From assembly GCA_964016885.1 (NCBI GenBank), contig CAXHJY010000996.1:92873-156872 (forward strand): a stretch of DNA of 64,000 nucleotides. The letters run 5' to 3'. Position 1 is the stretch's first letter, and every line of letters starts with the position of its first letter. A program made the translations under genes and the position numbers. The notes under the pieces were generated by a model, which saw nothing but the letters and a program-made list of their open reading frames with translations, was not told the origin of the DNA and made no database searches. This DNA is from Eledone cirrhosa. Lineage: Eukaryota. This document shows positions 36,201 to 50,700 of this stretch, one piece after another.

Positions 36201-38823
36201 ACTGTGACATAACACAGGTCTCTACTGTGACATAACACAGGTCTCTACTGTAACATAACACTGGTCTTTACTGTGACATAACACAGGTCACTACTGTGAC
36301 ATAACACAAGTCTTTACTGTGACATAACACAGGTCTCTACTGTGACATAACACTGGTCTTTACTGTGACATAACACAGGTCTCTACTGTGACATACACTG
36401 GTCTTTACTGTGACATAACACAGGTCTCTACTGTGACATAACACAGGTCTCTACTGTGACATAACACTGGTCTTTACTGTGACATAACACTGGTCTCTAC
36501 TGTGACATAACACAGGTTTCTACTGTGACATAACACTGGTCTCTAGTGTGTTATAACACTGGTCACTACTGTGACATAACACTGGTCTTTACTGTGACAT
36601 AACACTGGTCTCCACTGTGACATAACACTGGTCTCTACTGTGACATAACACTGGTCTCTAGTGTGTCATAACACTGGTCACTACTTTGACATAACACTGG
36701 TCTCCACTATGACATAACACTGGTCTCCACTGTGACATAATACTGGTCTTTACTGTGACATAACACAAGTTTTTATTGTGACATAACACTGGTCTTTACT
36801 GTGACATAACACAGGTCTCTACTGTGACATAACACATGTCTCTACTCTGACATAACACTGGTCTCCACTGTGACATAATACTGGTCTCTACTGTGACATA
36901 ACACAAGCTTTTACTGTGACATAACATTGGTCTCTACTGTGACATAACACAGGTCTTTACTGTGACATAACACTGGTCTCTACTGTGACATAACACTGGT
37001 CTCTACTGTGACATAACACAGGTCTTTACTGTGACATAACACAGGTCTCCACTGTGACATAACACAGGTCTTTACTGTGACATAACACTGGTCTCTACTG
37101 TGACATAACACAGATCTCTACTGTGACATAACACTGGTCTCTACTGTGACATAACACAGGTCTCTACTGTGACATAACACGGGTCTCTACTGTGACATAA
37201 CACGGGTCTCTACTGTGACATAACTCTGGTCTCTACTGTGACATAACACTGGTCTCCACTGTGACATAACACTGGTCTTTACTGTGACATAACACTGGTC
37301 TTTACTGTGACATAACACAGGTCTCTACTGTGACATAACACTGGTCTTTACTGTGACATAACACTGGTCTTTACTGTGACATAACACTGGTCTCTACTGT
37401 GACATAACACAGGTATCTACTGTGACACAACACTGGTCTTCACTGTGACATAACACTGGTCTCTACTGTGACATAACACAGGTCTCTACTGTGACATAAC
37501 ACAGGTCTTTACTGTGACATAACACAGGTATAACTGTGACATAACACAGGTCTTTACTGTGACATAACACAGGTCTTTACTGTGACATAACACAGGTCTT
37601 TACTGTGACATAACACAGGTCTCTACTGTGACATAACACATGTCTCTACTGTGACATAACACAGGTCTATACTGTGACATAACACTGGTCTTTACCGTGA
37701 CATAACACATGTCTTTACTGTGACATAACACATGTCTCTACTCTGACATAACACTGGTCTCCACTGTGACATAATACTGGTCTCTACTGTGACATAACAC
37801 AAGCTTTTACTGTGACATAACATTGGTCTCTACTGTGACATAACACAGGTCTTTACTGTGACATAACACTGGTCTCTACTGTGACATAACACTGGTCTCT
37901 ACTGTGACATAACACAGGTCTTTACTGTGACATAACACAGGTCTCCACTGTGACATAACACAGGTCTTTACTGTGACATAACACTGGTCTCTACTGTGAC
38001 ATAACACAGATCTCTACTGTGACATAACACTGGTCTCTACTGTGACATAACACAGGTCTCTACTGTGACATAACACGGGTCTCTACTGTGACATAACTCT
38101 GGTCTCTACTGTGACATAACACTGGTCTCCACTGTGACATAACACTGGTCTTTACTGTGACATAACACTGGTCTTTACTGTGACATAACACAGGTCTCTA
38201 CTGTGACATAACACTGGTCTTTACTGTGACATAACACTGGTCTTTACTGTGACATAACACTGGTCTCTACTGTGACATAACACAGGTATCTACTGTGACA
38301 CAACACTGGTATTTACTGTGACATAACACTGGTCTCTACTGTGACATAACACAGGTCTCTACTGTGACATAACACAGGTCTTTACTGTGACATAACACAG
38401 GTATAACTGTGACATAACACAGGTCTTTACTGTGACATAACACAGGTCTTTACTGTGACATAACACAGGTCTTTACTGTGACATAACACAGGTCTCTACT
38501 GTGACATAACACATGTCTCTACTGTGACATAACACAGGTCTCTACTGTGACATAACACTGGTCTTTACTGTGACATAACACATGTCTTTACTGTGACATA
38601 ACACGGGTCTCTACTGTGACATAACTCTGGCCTCTACTGTGACACAACACAGGTTTTTACTGTGACATAACACTGGTCTCTACTGTGACATAACACAGGT
38701 CTTTACTGTGACATAACACTGGTCTCTACTGTGACATAACACGGGTCTCTACTGTGACATAACTCTGGTCTCTCCTGTGACACAACACAGGTTTTTACTG
38801 TGATATAATACTGGTCTCTACTG
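33204..38823. repeat. 23-bp minisatellite, about 244 copies
   Basis: Consensus actgtgacataacacaggtct(c/t)t; period of 23 checked at 33308, 33331 and 33354. Confidence 0.98.
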
Positions 38824-39003
38824 GCTTTACAGGTCTTAGCTGATCGACAGTGAAACATATGTAATATGTAATTAAATATGTATATAATTCAACACTGATC
38901 GTTTGTTCCCTGATATATTGATATTATTGATACTCTGCTCCCCAACAGCATCGAGTGCTCACTCGGCATACCGCCTAAGACGCAATTAATTTTCACCTAA
39001 ATA

Positions 39004-39044
<41 letters not shown>

Positions 39045-39281
39045 CCGCCTAAGACGCAATTAATTTTCACCTTAATACACACACACACATATATATACAT
39101 ATATATATAGGAAAATGTATGACCCCGACGGCAGGCAGAGCTCAAGCCGTTTCGACAGCTATTTCTGGAAATAGCCGATGTTTAGGTTCACTTCTGTATC
39201 GAGGTATAGAGCTAGACAGAGTGTAGTATAATAAAATAAAACAAGGACGAGTGGTTACTCCTTCATTACGTTTATTGGCTT

Positions 39282-39363
39282 ATGACGTGCATTTCGCCAC
39301 CGGTCAATTCAAGGTTCGATCTGTATTGATCTAGTCCGACTGTAATCCGTGGCTCGTCAGACG
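39282..39363 (-). ncRNA. Decayed hammerhead; family also at 41813-41897, with a 3' end at 44705-44764
   Basis: Minus strand: gt CUGACGA gccacgg...ccggtggc GAAA tgcacg UC at. Confidence 0.6.
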
Positions 39364-39474
39364 CTTTTAGTGGTAATAATAATACATATATATGTATGTA
39401 TATCAAATTAGAAAATATGAGGAAATAATAGACAAAAATATACCTAAGTACCGACTAGTGTTTTGCCGATCCGT

Positions 39475-39527
<53 letters not shown>

Positions 39528-39537
39528 GAGAGAGAGA

Positions 39538-39910
39538 ATAGAACACGAAAAATCAGTGATGCATCTGAACTCAATTTATTGTGTGTTACAATTGTTTCGC
39601 CGGCGGACAGCTCGAGACGCGATCATTGTGTGGATCTGTCTGATTCTGGACCCGCAGGTTCGACGGACACGTCTAATGATTTCGGACCATATTCTCTCAC
39701 TGGGGTATCTGTCAAATACCCCAGAATCAGACTGACCCACACAATGATCGCGTCTCGAGCTGTCCACCGGCGAAACAATTGTAACACACAATAAATCGAG
39801 TTCAGATGCATCACTGATTTTTTTGTTTTCTATTCTATCATACTCTGCTCTGTAAGAGCATAGAGTGCTCAACCGGCATACCGCCTACGGAAGCATCTTA
39901 GCTACCATAA
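39538..39910. mobile_element. Fold-back element (arms about 39538-39649 and 39721-39835) with a decayed HHR
   Basis: Imperfect inverted arms; gt CTaATGA ... ccggc GAAA caattg TA acac at 39671-39787; 3' end shared with 38931-38998. Confidence 0.65.
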
Positions 39911-39980
<70 letters not shown>

Positions 39981-40062
39981 AATTATAAGTTTGAAGAACA
40001 GTCAGATAAAATATATTCAAAATTTCTTCTTAGTCCCTAGAAATTAACTAGATAAATAATCA

Positions 40063-40146
<84 letters not shown>

Positions 40147-40276
40147 TTAGCGAATGCTCTGTTGAGTAATGATCTAACCAGTTTCATAGTGGTTCTACCC
40201 TGATATACATATATAAAGCAGTAAATTTTACTCATTTATGTGTTTTAGAGCTCAATGAGTATTAGTAGCTTAATGA

Positions 40277-40372
40277 AACTCTGATGACACCCACGGACTA
40301 TACTCACTAATTGTTAAAAAATATTGTTTGCTATATGTAGCATACCATCGTGGGAAGAAACAATTGTCAGTT
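40277..40372 (+). ncRNA. Type I hammerhead with a long stem II insert, in TA-flanked element 40141-40421
   Basis: aact CTGATGA ca cccacgg...tcgtggg aa GAAA caattg TC agtt. Confidence 0.72.
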
Positions 40373-40417
40373 ATTAAATGCCCTGAACCTTACATTCTTT
40401 GGCTTGGAAACAAATTG

Positions 40418-40461
<44 letters not shown>

Positions 40462-40463
<2 letters not shown>

Positions 40464-40800
40464 ACGTAAGTCGATCGCGCGTTTCTTTAAAACATCTCTC
40501 TAGGAGAAGGTCACTCTGATATAAGACCTGCGACTTCGGTTGAATTCAATGATGTAGACCAGTTCTTCTTCTGGGCAAATGCATTCGATGTTCAGAGAGT
40601 GGGATTGGCCTTGTGCAATGTTTTTCCTCACTTAAAAAAGCTTCAAGCACAAGCATCGTTTGATATGTGACATTTTTTTACGATGCATGGTATTGCTGGC
40701 TATAGGCAAGTCCCTAGCAGGACTAGGAAGCCACGTCCGTGATGCTCATGCTCATACAATCAAACGATGGCATTACTCGAAATCCAGTTGCAGCCATCAT
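40462..40800 (-). mobile_element. Dispersed repeat fragment homologous to 43668-44017 (probably LINE/SINE-derived)
   Basis: cagagagtgggattggc and ctaggagaagg are reverse complements of motifs at 43833-43849 and 43948-43959. Confidence 0.6.
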
Positions 40801-40836
40801 ATATACATATATACATATATATATACATATATACGT

Positions 40837-40871
<35 letters not shown>

Positions 40872-41040
40872 CACACACACGCATATATATATATATATGT
40901 GTGTATATATATATATATATTATATTATATATTATATATATATATATATAATATACGGCCATTCGCACTCGCAATCATATTTGACCTAGTTGTATATGCC
41001 GCGCTTTCTGAAAATTTCAATTAGACACCTCCTGACTTAC

Positions 41041-41229
41041 CAGATCTTGTTCCTGGGAAACATCTGGAAGCAGGGCAGCGGGCTTGTACCAGTATTGGCC
41101 AGGTTCTTTCTTTTTCAGCTCAGAAATAACCAAAACCCCATTGAGCCTAGTCTTATTATGAAGTGAGAGCGCCGTGGTTATCTTGGCGCAGATGTGCGAA
41201 AGAACACGTCTTTCACCTCTGCACTCCAT
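41041..41229 (-). CDS. Candidate host exon, unidentified
   Basis: Non-repetitive 63-codon open frame from an ATG, ending exactly at a consensus CTG|GTAAGT donor; no recognised homology. Confidence 0.25.
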
Positions 41230-41812
41230 TTATTATAAAGAAGATAAAAAGATATATAGCCTATTGGGTATTGATTATCGACTTTAAACACTATCGTGCA
41301 TAATTTCTGACCACATTTATAAAATGACAATTTCCGGATATTTACCAATATCCAAATAATTCATGGAATAATTGTGAAGACACACCGATTGTTGATTTCC
41401 CGTCGTCTATCTGATGTATGTTGGGGTGGTGGAGAGGTTGGCAACGCTATGGAAGAATTGATGTCAAGAAATAGCAATAAAAAAACAAACATTTTCTTTG
41501 ACTACAATAATTTAAAAATGATAGAAATAATTCAGACGTTGTACTTACTGTGACGTAGGTAAACTATGTGGCGTCCGGCGGCAGCCCTACAGTTTGCCCC
41601 AGCAAAAAATGCATATTGTTCAGTGACTCACTCTTAAATTTATATATATATATATCCAGAGAGTGTTACTTGGAGTTACTGGAGGTTCACCCCGGGTGAG
41701 CACTCGATGTTGAGGTTCACTTCAGTCTCGAGGTGTAGAGTTAGACAGAGTGTATTATAGTGAAATAAGATAACAAGGACGATTGGTTACTCCTTCATTA
41801 CGTTTATTGATT

Positions 41813-41897
41813 GATGGCGCGCGTTTCACCACTGATCAGCTCAAGGTTCGATCTGTATCGATCTGACTCGACTCTGTAATCCGCGGCTCGTCAGACC
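41813..41897 (-). ncRNA. Decayed hammerhead (GUC to GCC)
   Basis: Minus strand: ggt CUGACGA gccgcgg...agtggt GAAA cgcgcg cC atc. Confidence 0.55.
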
Positions 41898-41969
41898 CCT
41901 TGTAATGGTAATTTTTCCATATATATATATGTATATATATATGTATATATATATGTATATATATATGTA

Positions 41970-42900
41970 TGTAAAAGGTAAACAGAAATAACAACACAAT
42001 CGGTACAGTATATGGAAGGGATATATTAGGTTAACGCTTGATATAGCAGGAAGAGGGTCTTAACGTTTCGGACGCTAGTCCTTCATTAGAAGAAAGAATG
42101 AGAAATAAGATAGATTGAGGGGACGGACGGGTTGGAATTGGAAAAAATGTTTTAACATAATTAACTCTATAATATATACTCATTTCTGTGATCAATAAAT
42201 CGTTAAAAATCATAGTGGCGTAGCAGAGTTGTGACAATATATAAAGTGGTGTAGAGGGTCGTATGTTGTTTTATGACCTCTAAGGTGATCTGATATCGAT
42301 GAGATTGTGGACTCTGTAGGAGGAAATGTATTTATATAATTAATTTTCTAATTGTTTTCAGGGCAAGTAGTGTCAAAAACTAGGATGGTCAGCGTAACCA
42401 ACTATATAAGTTGAAAATATATTATTTAGAAGAATCGGGCGCAAAAATGGAATAGGGAGCAAATGGTCTGCTGGTCTGCTGTAGGCTATATGTGTTCTTT
42501 TAATGCTGCAGTATATTATGATTGTACACAGACTAGTTAATACATATATACATAAAAGAACACATATAGCCTACAGCAGACCAGCAGACCATTTGCTCCC
42601 TATTCCATTTTTGCGCCCGATTCTTCTAAATAATATATTTTCAACTTATATAGTTGGTTACGCTGACCATCCTAGTTTTTGACACTACTTGCCCTGAAAA
42701 CAATTAGAAAATTAATTATATAAATACATTTCCTCCTACAGAGTCCACAATCTCATCGATATCAGATCACCTTAGAGGTCATAAAACAACATACGACCCT
42801 CTACACCACTTTATATATTGTCACAACTCTGCTACGCCACTATGATTTTTAACGATTTATTGATCACAGAAATGAGTATATATTATAGAGTTAATTATGT
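41970..42900. mobile_element. PLE-like remnant with a 348-bp inverted duplication and a decayed HHR at 42058-42093 (-)
   Basis: Arms 42155-42502 and 42553-42900; minus strand tctt CUaAUGA aggac tagc gtcc GAAA cgt UA aga. Confidence 0.7.
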
Positions 42901-43017
42901 ATAAAGCTGTAGATTCAGTAATCTACTTTTCTAAGGTCTGCTGCGCCCTTGTCTAGTCTGTCTAATGGATGGGCCAGTCATGCAAGTTTACAAATGAGTT
43001 TGCATAATCTAAAATAG

Positions 43018-43276
43018 TGTAGGTGAGTGGCCTTGTGGTAAGGGTGTTGGACATAGGAACATAATGTCATGGGTTCCATTGAACAAAATACTTCATTTCC
43101 CGTTGCTCCAGTATACTCAGCTGAAAATGAGTACCACCACCAATAGCTGGAATTTTAACCATGTGATGGACTGGTGTCCTGTTCAGGGGAAAGTCTTGTA
43201 CTCTCAGTCGCCTAACGCCAAGGAAACCGGGAGAAGCACTGGCCTGATGAGCCTCCGAGACAGACTTTAGACTTTT
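43018..43276 (+). mobile_element. tRNA-derived SINE, probably MetaSINE-type
   Basis: A-box-like tggccttgtggtaag and degenerate B-box gggttccatt; core ttgctccagt..cagctgaaaatgagtacc..gatggactggtgtcctgttcagggg; short tandem tail agacttt. Confidence 0.7.
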
Positions 43277-43667
43277 AGAAATAGCTGAGGTTAAATCTTA
43301 TTGGAGGCCGGCGAGATTAGAAATATTTCTATCTTGCGGGTGAAGGTGATTAAAAACATGAAACTATAATCATACAAAACTATGGTAACAACTTGTGTGT
43401 TTTTAAATTACTTTTTTTGTGTTTTTCATTATAAGGGTTTGATGTAGAATAAAATAAAGTGTTTCTCACTAGGGATTATAACAGAAATAAACAAGAGAGC
43501 AGACATGTTTTTAGCATTCCACAGTGGTGGCCAGAACTGGACGCCGAAATCATTGGTAGCACATACATGTTAAGTATATGAAACTTTGTCTACTCTAAGC
43601 AAGCTCTCTTCTAACAGATCTTTCATTACAAATGTCTACCAACGATATACACACATACATACATACA

Positions 43668-44240
43668 TGATGGCTGCCCTCTCGTTATCGAGTATAGTCA
43701 TTGCACGATATAACATTATTAATAATTATTAATTAATTCTATCGTACAATGCGAAGATATTTTTAATTTATTAATTAATTCTATCGTACAATGTGAAGAT
43801 ATTTTTTATTGTGAGGAAAGACTGTGCACTGAGCCAATCCCACTCTCTGAGCGACAGTAGCTATAACCCGAAAAGAAGAAAATATCAACATCATCGGTAA
43901 CTACTGACCGCAGGTTTTATATCGGAGTTATCCCAGTTTCCTGAGTTGCCTTCTCCTAGAAGAATGCCCTGACAAAGGCTAGGGGTCCTTCACTCCCAGT
44001 GGTTTAACCACGCGGTACATGTGTATATACATATTTACACACTTTTGGATGGCCGTTGACTCTTATGAGTTCTTCCGCCCTTTGTCAGGTTTTGTTTTTT
44101 GTCCTGCAGGGTGTCCCAGATCACCCTCCTCACCAAGTAAACTTGGTAGGGTTGCCGGTTTAATCGTCGACGACCCGACCATGCGACATGTTGTACTGGG
44201 TTACATGTTACCAGTAGCACTGAAGAATGACCCGACATAA
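43668..44240. mobile_element. Dispersed repeat fragments (probable LINE 5'-UTR/SINE type)
   Basis: Homology to 40462-40800; GC-richer structured sequence; internal duplication of about 39 bp at 43727-43807. Confidence 0.5.
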
Positions 44241-44263
44241 CATATATACATACTTACATACAT

Positions 44264-44296
<33 letters not shown>

Positions 44297-44579
44297 TTGA
44301 AATTTGGACTGTGAACAACAATTATAATTGAGTAGCTATTATTTGCAGTATAGCAATATAAGGGTGCACTTAGCAATGAAACGGTCGTAAATACCTGGAT
44401 AAAATCGTTCCCTCAATGCTTACCTGTGTTTTCCCTTTTATATATATATATATATATATATAAATATAGTTTCCATTTATTATTATCTTGGACTATTTAC
44501 TACAGTAACTTGTTGAGTGCTCTATAACAGTTATAAACATTTATGTTTGTCGGAATTCCAACAAATTAAATACAACTCC

Positions 44580-44611
<32 letters not shown>

Positions 44612-45071
44612 TATATATTTATATTTATATATATATTTATATATATATTTATATTTATATATATATATATATTTATATATTTATATTTATATATATATAT
44701 TTATAATGATACAAGGACAAATGGTTATGCCTTATTTACGTTTATTGGTTGGTGACGCGCGTTTATATATATATTGCAAGTTTGGAGAATTATTAGATAA
44801 AATATTCCCAATTTTTCTTCACCCTAGTCCGTAGAAATCAACTAGATAAATAATGATTTAAATGGAGCTATAAGTTTAAAATGTAACTTCGAAGAAATAA
44901 TAGATAAATGATACAGATTTTTTTCCGCGAGGAACAGTCAGATAAAATTCATCCAGTCTTTCCTCTTAGCCCGTAGAAATTAACTAGACAAATAATCAAT
45001 TAAACGGAGCTAAGCCTAAAATATAAGTTAGTAGAAAAAATGCAAATAAACTTCACCAAAATTTCTCTAGA

Positions 45072-45153
45072 CCCGACTATCTATAGTTCCGCTCGTACTT
45101 TGTGGATATGTCCAATCCTGGTATTATCCATGAGGCTTAGAGCTTATCAAAAG
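45072..45153 (-). ncRNA. Decayed hammerhead, U3-A8 core, GAAA to GGAA
   Basis: Minus strand: ctt UUGAUAA gctc...gagc GgAA ctatagatag UC ggg. Confidence 0.55.
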
Positions 45154-45367
45154 ACCCCTCAGGGTTGGACTAAAATTTCTAGTGATCGCCGCCAGAAATG
45201 AGTTCAAAATGGCTAAGAATCATTACGTGGCCAGCGGTCAAAGTAGAAGGTTGTGAATGGTGGCCAGGTAGTCTGGCTGCTAGAAAGAGCAGTCAGATAC
45301 TACCTAATGTTTACACTACCGAACGGGTGTATATAATAAATTCATAGGGATATATGTATATATATAC

Positions 45368-45450
<83 letters not shown>

Positions 45451-45534
45451 AAAATGTGTGAGATCCTTGGTACAGTTAGGTTTATTTGAAAAAAAAGGAA
45501 AAGAATGACTTCACTTGTGTTAAAAAATGTTTGA

Positions 45535-45830
45535 TTTAATTTTATAATATTATAATATTATAAGTTGGTAGATCCAGTAAGTTCTTTGTTAACTTCGGTG
45601 GGAAGAATTTTATAGATTCCTGGTTAACTTGGGTTGGAGAACATTCGTCTGTCTGTGGCGATTGTCAAACTGAGATCGTCAAGCTGGATTTCAGTTTGAT
45701 AATCGCCACAGACAGACGAATGTTCTCCAACCCAAGTTAACCAGGAATCTATAAAATTCTTCCCACCGAAGTTAACAAAGAACTTACTGGATCTACCAAC
45801 TTATAATATTATAATATTGTAAAATTAAAT
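45535..45830. repeat. Inverted repeat of about 143 bp with a 9-nt loop
   Basis: Arms about 45535-45677 and 45687-45829 with few mismatches. Confidence 0.92.
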
Positions 45831-45849
45831 AAAAAAAATGCTTAACACA

Positions 45850-46195
45850 CAGGGATGCCACTTGCACCGACACTTTCTGCAACCACAACATGGTGCAGTC
45901 TGCGACTGACCCAGGTCCTGCTGCACGTCGGGATGAGGGGGCCAAACTCCTCAAATACCGGTCGCTCTCCGACAGGTTTGCGGTCGTACCCCTGGCAGTG
46001 GAGACTTCTAGTGTCCTCGGATCCAGGGCTACCTCCTTACTCACCACCATAGGCGCTGAGCTGGCCAGCCGCAGGTGTGAGCCCCGCGAGTTGGAGTGGC
46101 TTTTCTAGCGCGTTTCCCTTGCCGTCCTCCGGGAAAACGCCTTCTCCATTCTGTCCGCCGGGGCTGTGGGTGGGCCACATCGCGTACCGTTTTAG
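45850..46195 (+). mobile_element. CRE-clade non-LTR retrotransposon 3' fragment (restriction-like endonuclease)
   Basis: DATCTDTF..SATDPGPAA..E..KLLKYRSL..FAVVPLAVET..VLG..WLF*RVSLAVLRENA matches the D..(E)..K..KY..FxPxAxET..QRxSxAxxRGNA RLE tail; one stop codon. Confidence 0.78.
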
Positions 46196-46480
46196 TTGTT
46201 GTATACAGATATTAACTCATCAATCCCATTGTCCTAATACTTAACAGAAGATACATTTATTGTTACATTGTTTAATATGTTTGAAATAAGATGTGGGTTC
46301 GACTCCCATGTACGGCAACATTCATCTTTTTCCATTTCTCCGAGGGTTATAAACCCCACTATCAGGCTAGAAATTTCTTTAGTCTAAAATACGGTGAAAG
46401 CTTATAATTTTTAATTTCTAATTTCAAAGTCGCGCACCGTTTCAAAAACATACTTACATGTTTACGTTTATAATTTGTTT

Positions 46481-48630
<2,150 letters not shown>

Positions 48631-48935
48631 TGAAACAAAATGAAAACGAAATTTTATTTCTCACTCTTAGTATGGCACTTACTTAAATGTAAGTATGCAT
48701 GTATACGTACATACATATATGTATACAGACGTACAGTAGCATGCACATATATATATATATATATACATATATATATACATATGCATACAGGTACACATAC
48801 ATATATGCACGTATCAGTTTAGCGGCGCTTATTATAACGTCGCTTTGTTCGTTTGTAAACAAACTGAACAGCCTGAATTTATGCCATACGGTGTTAAGGC
48901 AACCACGTCACCTTTTTGTTCAACACTGACACAGG

Positions 48936-48980
48936 AACGATGTACTAGTTTCAAGCTTGTTAGCTATCATCAGCACCGTT
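48936..48980 (-). ncRNA. Type I hammerhead in fold-back element 48625-49090
   Basis: Minus strand: aacggtg CUGAUGA t agct aaca agct t GAAA ctag UA catcgtt; inverted arms 48684-48752 and 49018-49085. Confidence 0.82.
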
Positions 48981-49096
48981 TACCCATCTGCCAGATAGTT
49001 GAACGTTCGAATATATATATATGTGCATGTTACTGTACGTCTGTATACATATATGTATGTACGTATACATGCATACTTACATTTATATATAAATAC

Positions 49097-49181
<85 letters not shown>

Positions 49182-49228
49182 TATATATATACATATATGT
49201 ATATATATATATATATACATATATATAC

Positions 49229-49289
<61 letters not shown>

Positions 49290-49290
49290 T

Positions 49291-49800
49291 AAGAGAGTAT
49301 TGAAGTTTGCTTGAAGCATTGTGGAATAATAAGGTAAATTTGGAAGCCTCGACAATGCAGATGGGTAAATCTCCGGGTAACAAGATCCGGTGGTGGAGAG
49401 AGAGATGTAATTGGGTGTACGTTGAGATGTGTGGCGTGTAGAAGACTGTAGCATGTAGAAGAATGTAGGAAAGAGCGTAAAGGATAACATTAAAAATAAC
49501 ACAAGAGAGAGTTACCTTGGGAGAGATTTAATTGTCCCTATATATTTCGGATTCACATCCATCAACTGGGCTTTTTTTCCGGGGTAAAGGTTGTCTGTCG
49601 GAAAGGTGCGAAACGTGTCCTCCACTGTTCGTTGTTTTGAATATCTGAGGTATTCAGCAGAGCTCCCGTGCGCGTGAAATGGGGACCGCCAGGCAGAGGT
49701 TAGCAGCCGAATTAGTTGTTTCAATTGTGGGAGTGGGGTGGCGCTAGCTGTCAGTCCATAGTATTCTCTGCCTGTTTGGTGAATGTTACAGTGTTTGTGT
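49291..49800 (-). mobile_element. PLE 3'-UTR copy homologous to 52490-52925
   Basis: Colinear shared sequence, for example gggtaaatctccgggtaacaagatccggtggtggagagagagatgtaa. Confidence 0.8.
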
Positions 49801-50008
49801 GTGTATATATATAAGCAATGAGTTATTTAGTTTGTTGGTTATTCAACAAATTTAGTTTATAACAGATTAGAAGCACTCTACAATATTCTTCTGGAGTATA
49901 ATATCAATAATATTAATAAATGGAAATTATCTTTATAAAACTACTCAAACAGAACTCAATACGATAAGTTCTTGTCTGAATATGTCACTATCTATAGAAC
50001 AACTTTTA

Positions 50009-50070
50009 TATTTTATCTGATGAGAGGGTACCAATAATTTTGGTACCCTTGAAATATATCTAATAAAATA
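50009..50070 (+). ncRNA. Type I hammerhead in fold-back element 49813-50110
   Basis: tattttat CTGATGA gagggtacca ataattt tggtaccctt GAAA tatatc TA ataaaata. Confidence 0.85.
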
Positions 50071-50114
50071 AATATGGTTTTATAAAGATAGTTTCCATTT
50101 ATTAATATTATATA

Positions 50115-50488
50115 TATATATTGGTAAACGGAATAGAAAATGCTGACAAATTGTTCACAGTTGAAAAATGGTTTAATCAGGAATAAAAGAGTATTAGTGA
50201 TTGTATGGGTTAGTATTCAGTTGTGGTTTTAAGTTTTTAAGTTTTTACCGGTTGCGCATTTCTAAATGGACACTCTATCTCAAAATTATTTTTGAAAAGC
50301 ATTTAGAAATGCGCAACCGGTAAAAATTTAAAAACTTAAAATCACAACTGAATACTAACCCATACAATCACTAATACTCTTTTATTCCTAATTAAACCAT
50401 TTTTCAACTGTGAACAATTTGTCAGCATTTTCTATTCCGTTTACCAATATATAATAACTTGTGTGTTACACCTCTATTCTTTTAACTA
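50115..50488. mobile_element. Fold-back element (arms about 50115-50269 and 50300-50453) with a variant HHR at 50288-50327
   Basis: ttt TTGAAAA gcattt ag aaatgc GcAA ccgg TA aaa; the arms differ by a few substitutions. Confidence 0.72.
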
Positions 50489-50519
50489 TATATATATATA
50501 TATATATATATGTGCGCGC

Positions 50520-50700
<181 letters not shown>

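Noticed and set aside
33204-38823. 23-bp array as a CRISPR array or RSS-like (CACTGTG) repeat
   Set aside because: No unique spacers, no cas genes, eukaryotic context; the heptamer occurs only in a minority variant and there is no nonamer.
43222-43256. GAAA...CTGATGA in the SINE 3' region as a type II hammerhead
   Set aside because: Stem II cannot close and there is no UH triplet with a proper stem III in this copy.
46293-46310. gtgggttcgactccc as a tRNA gene
   Set aside because: Only a B-box/T-arm-like word; no cloverleaf or A box. At most a SINE relic.
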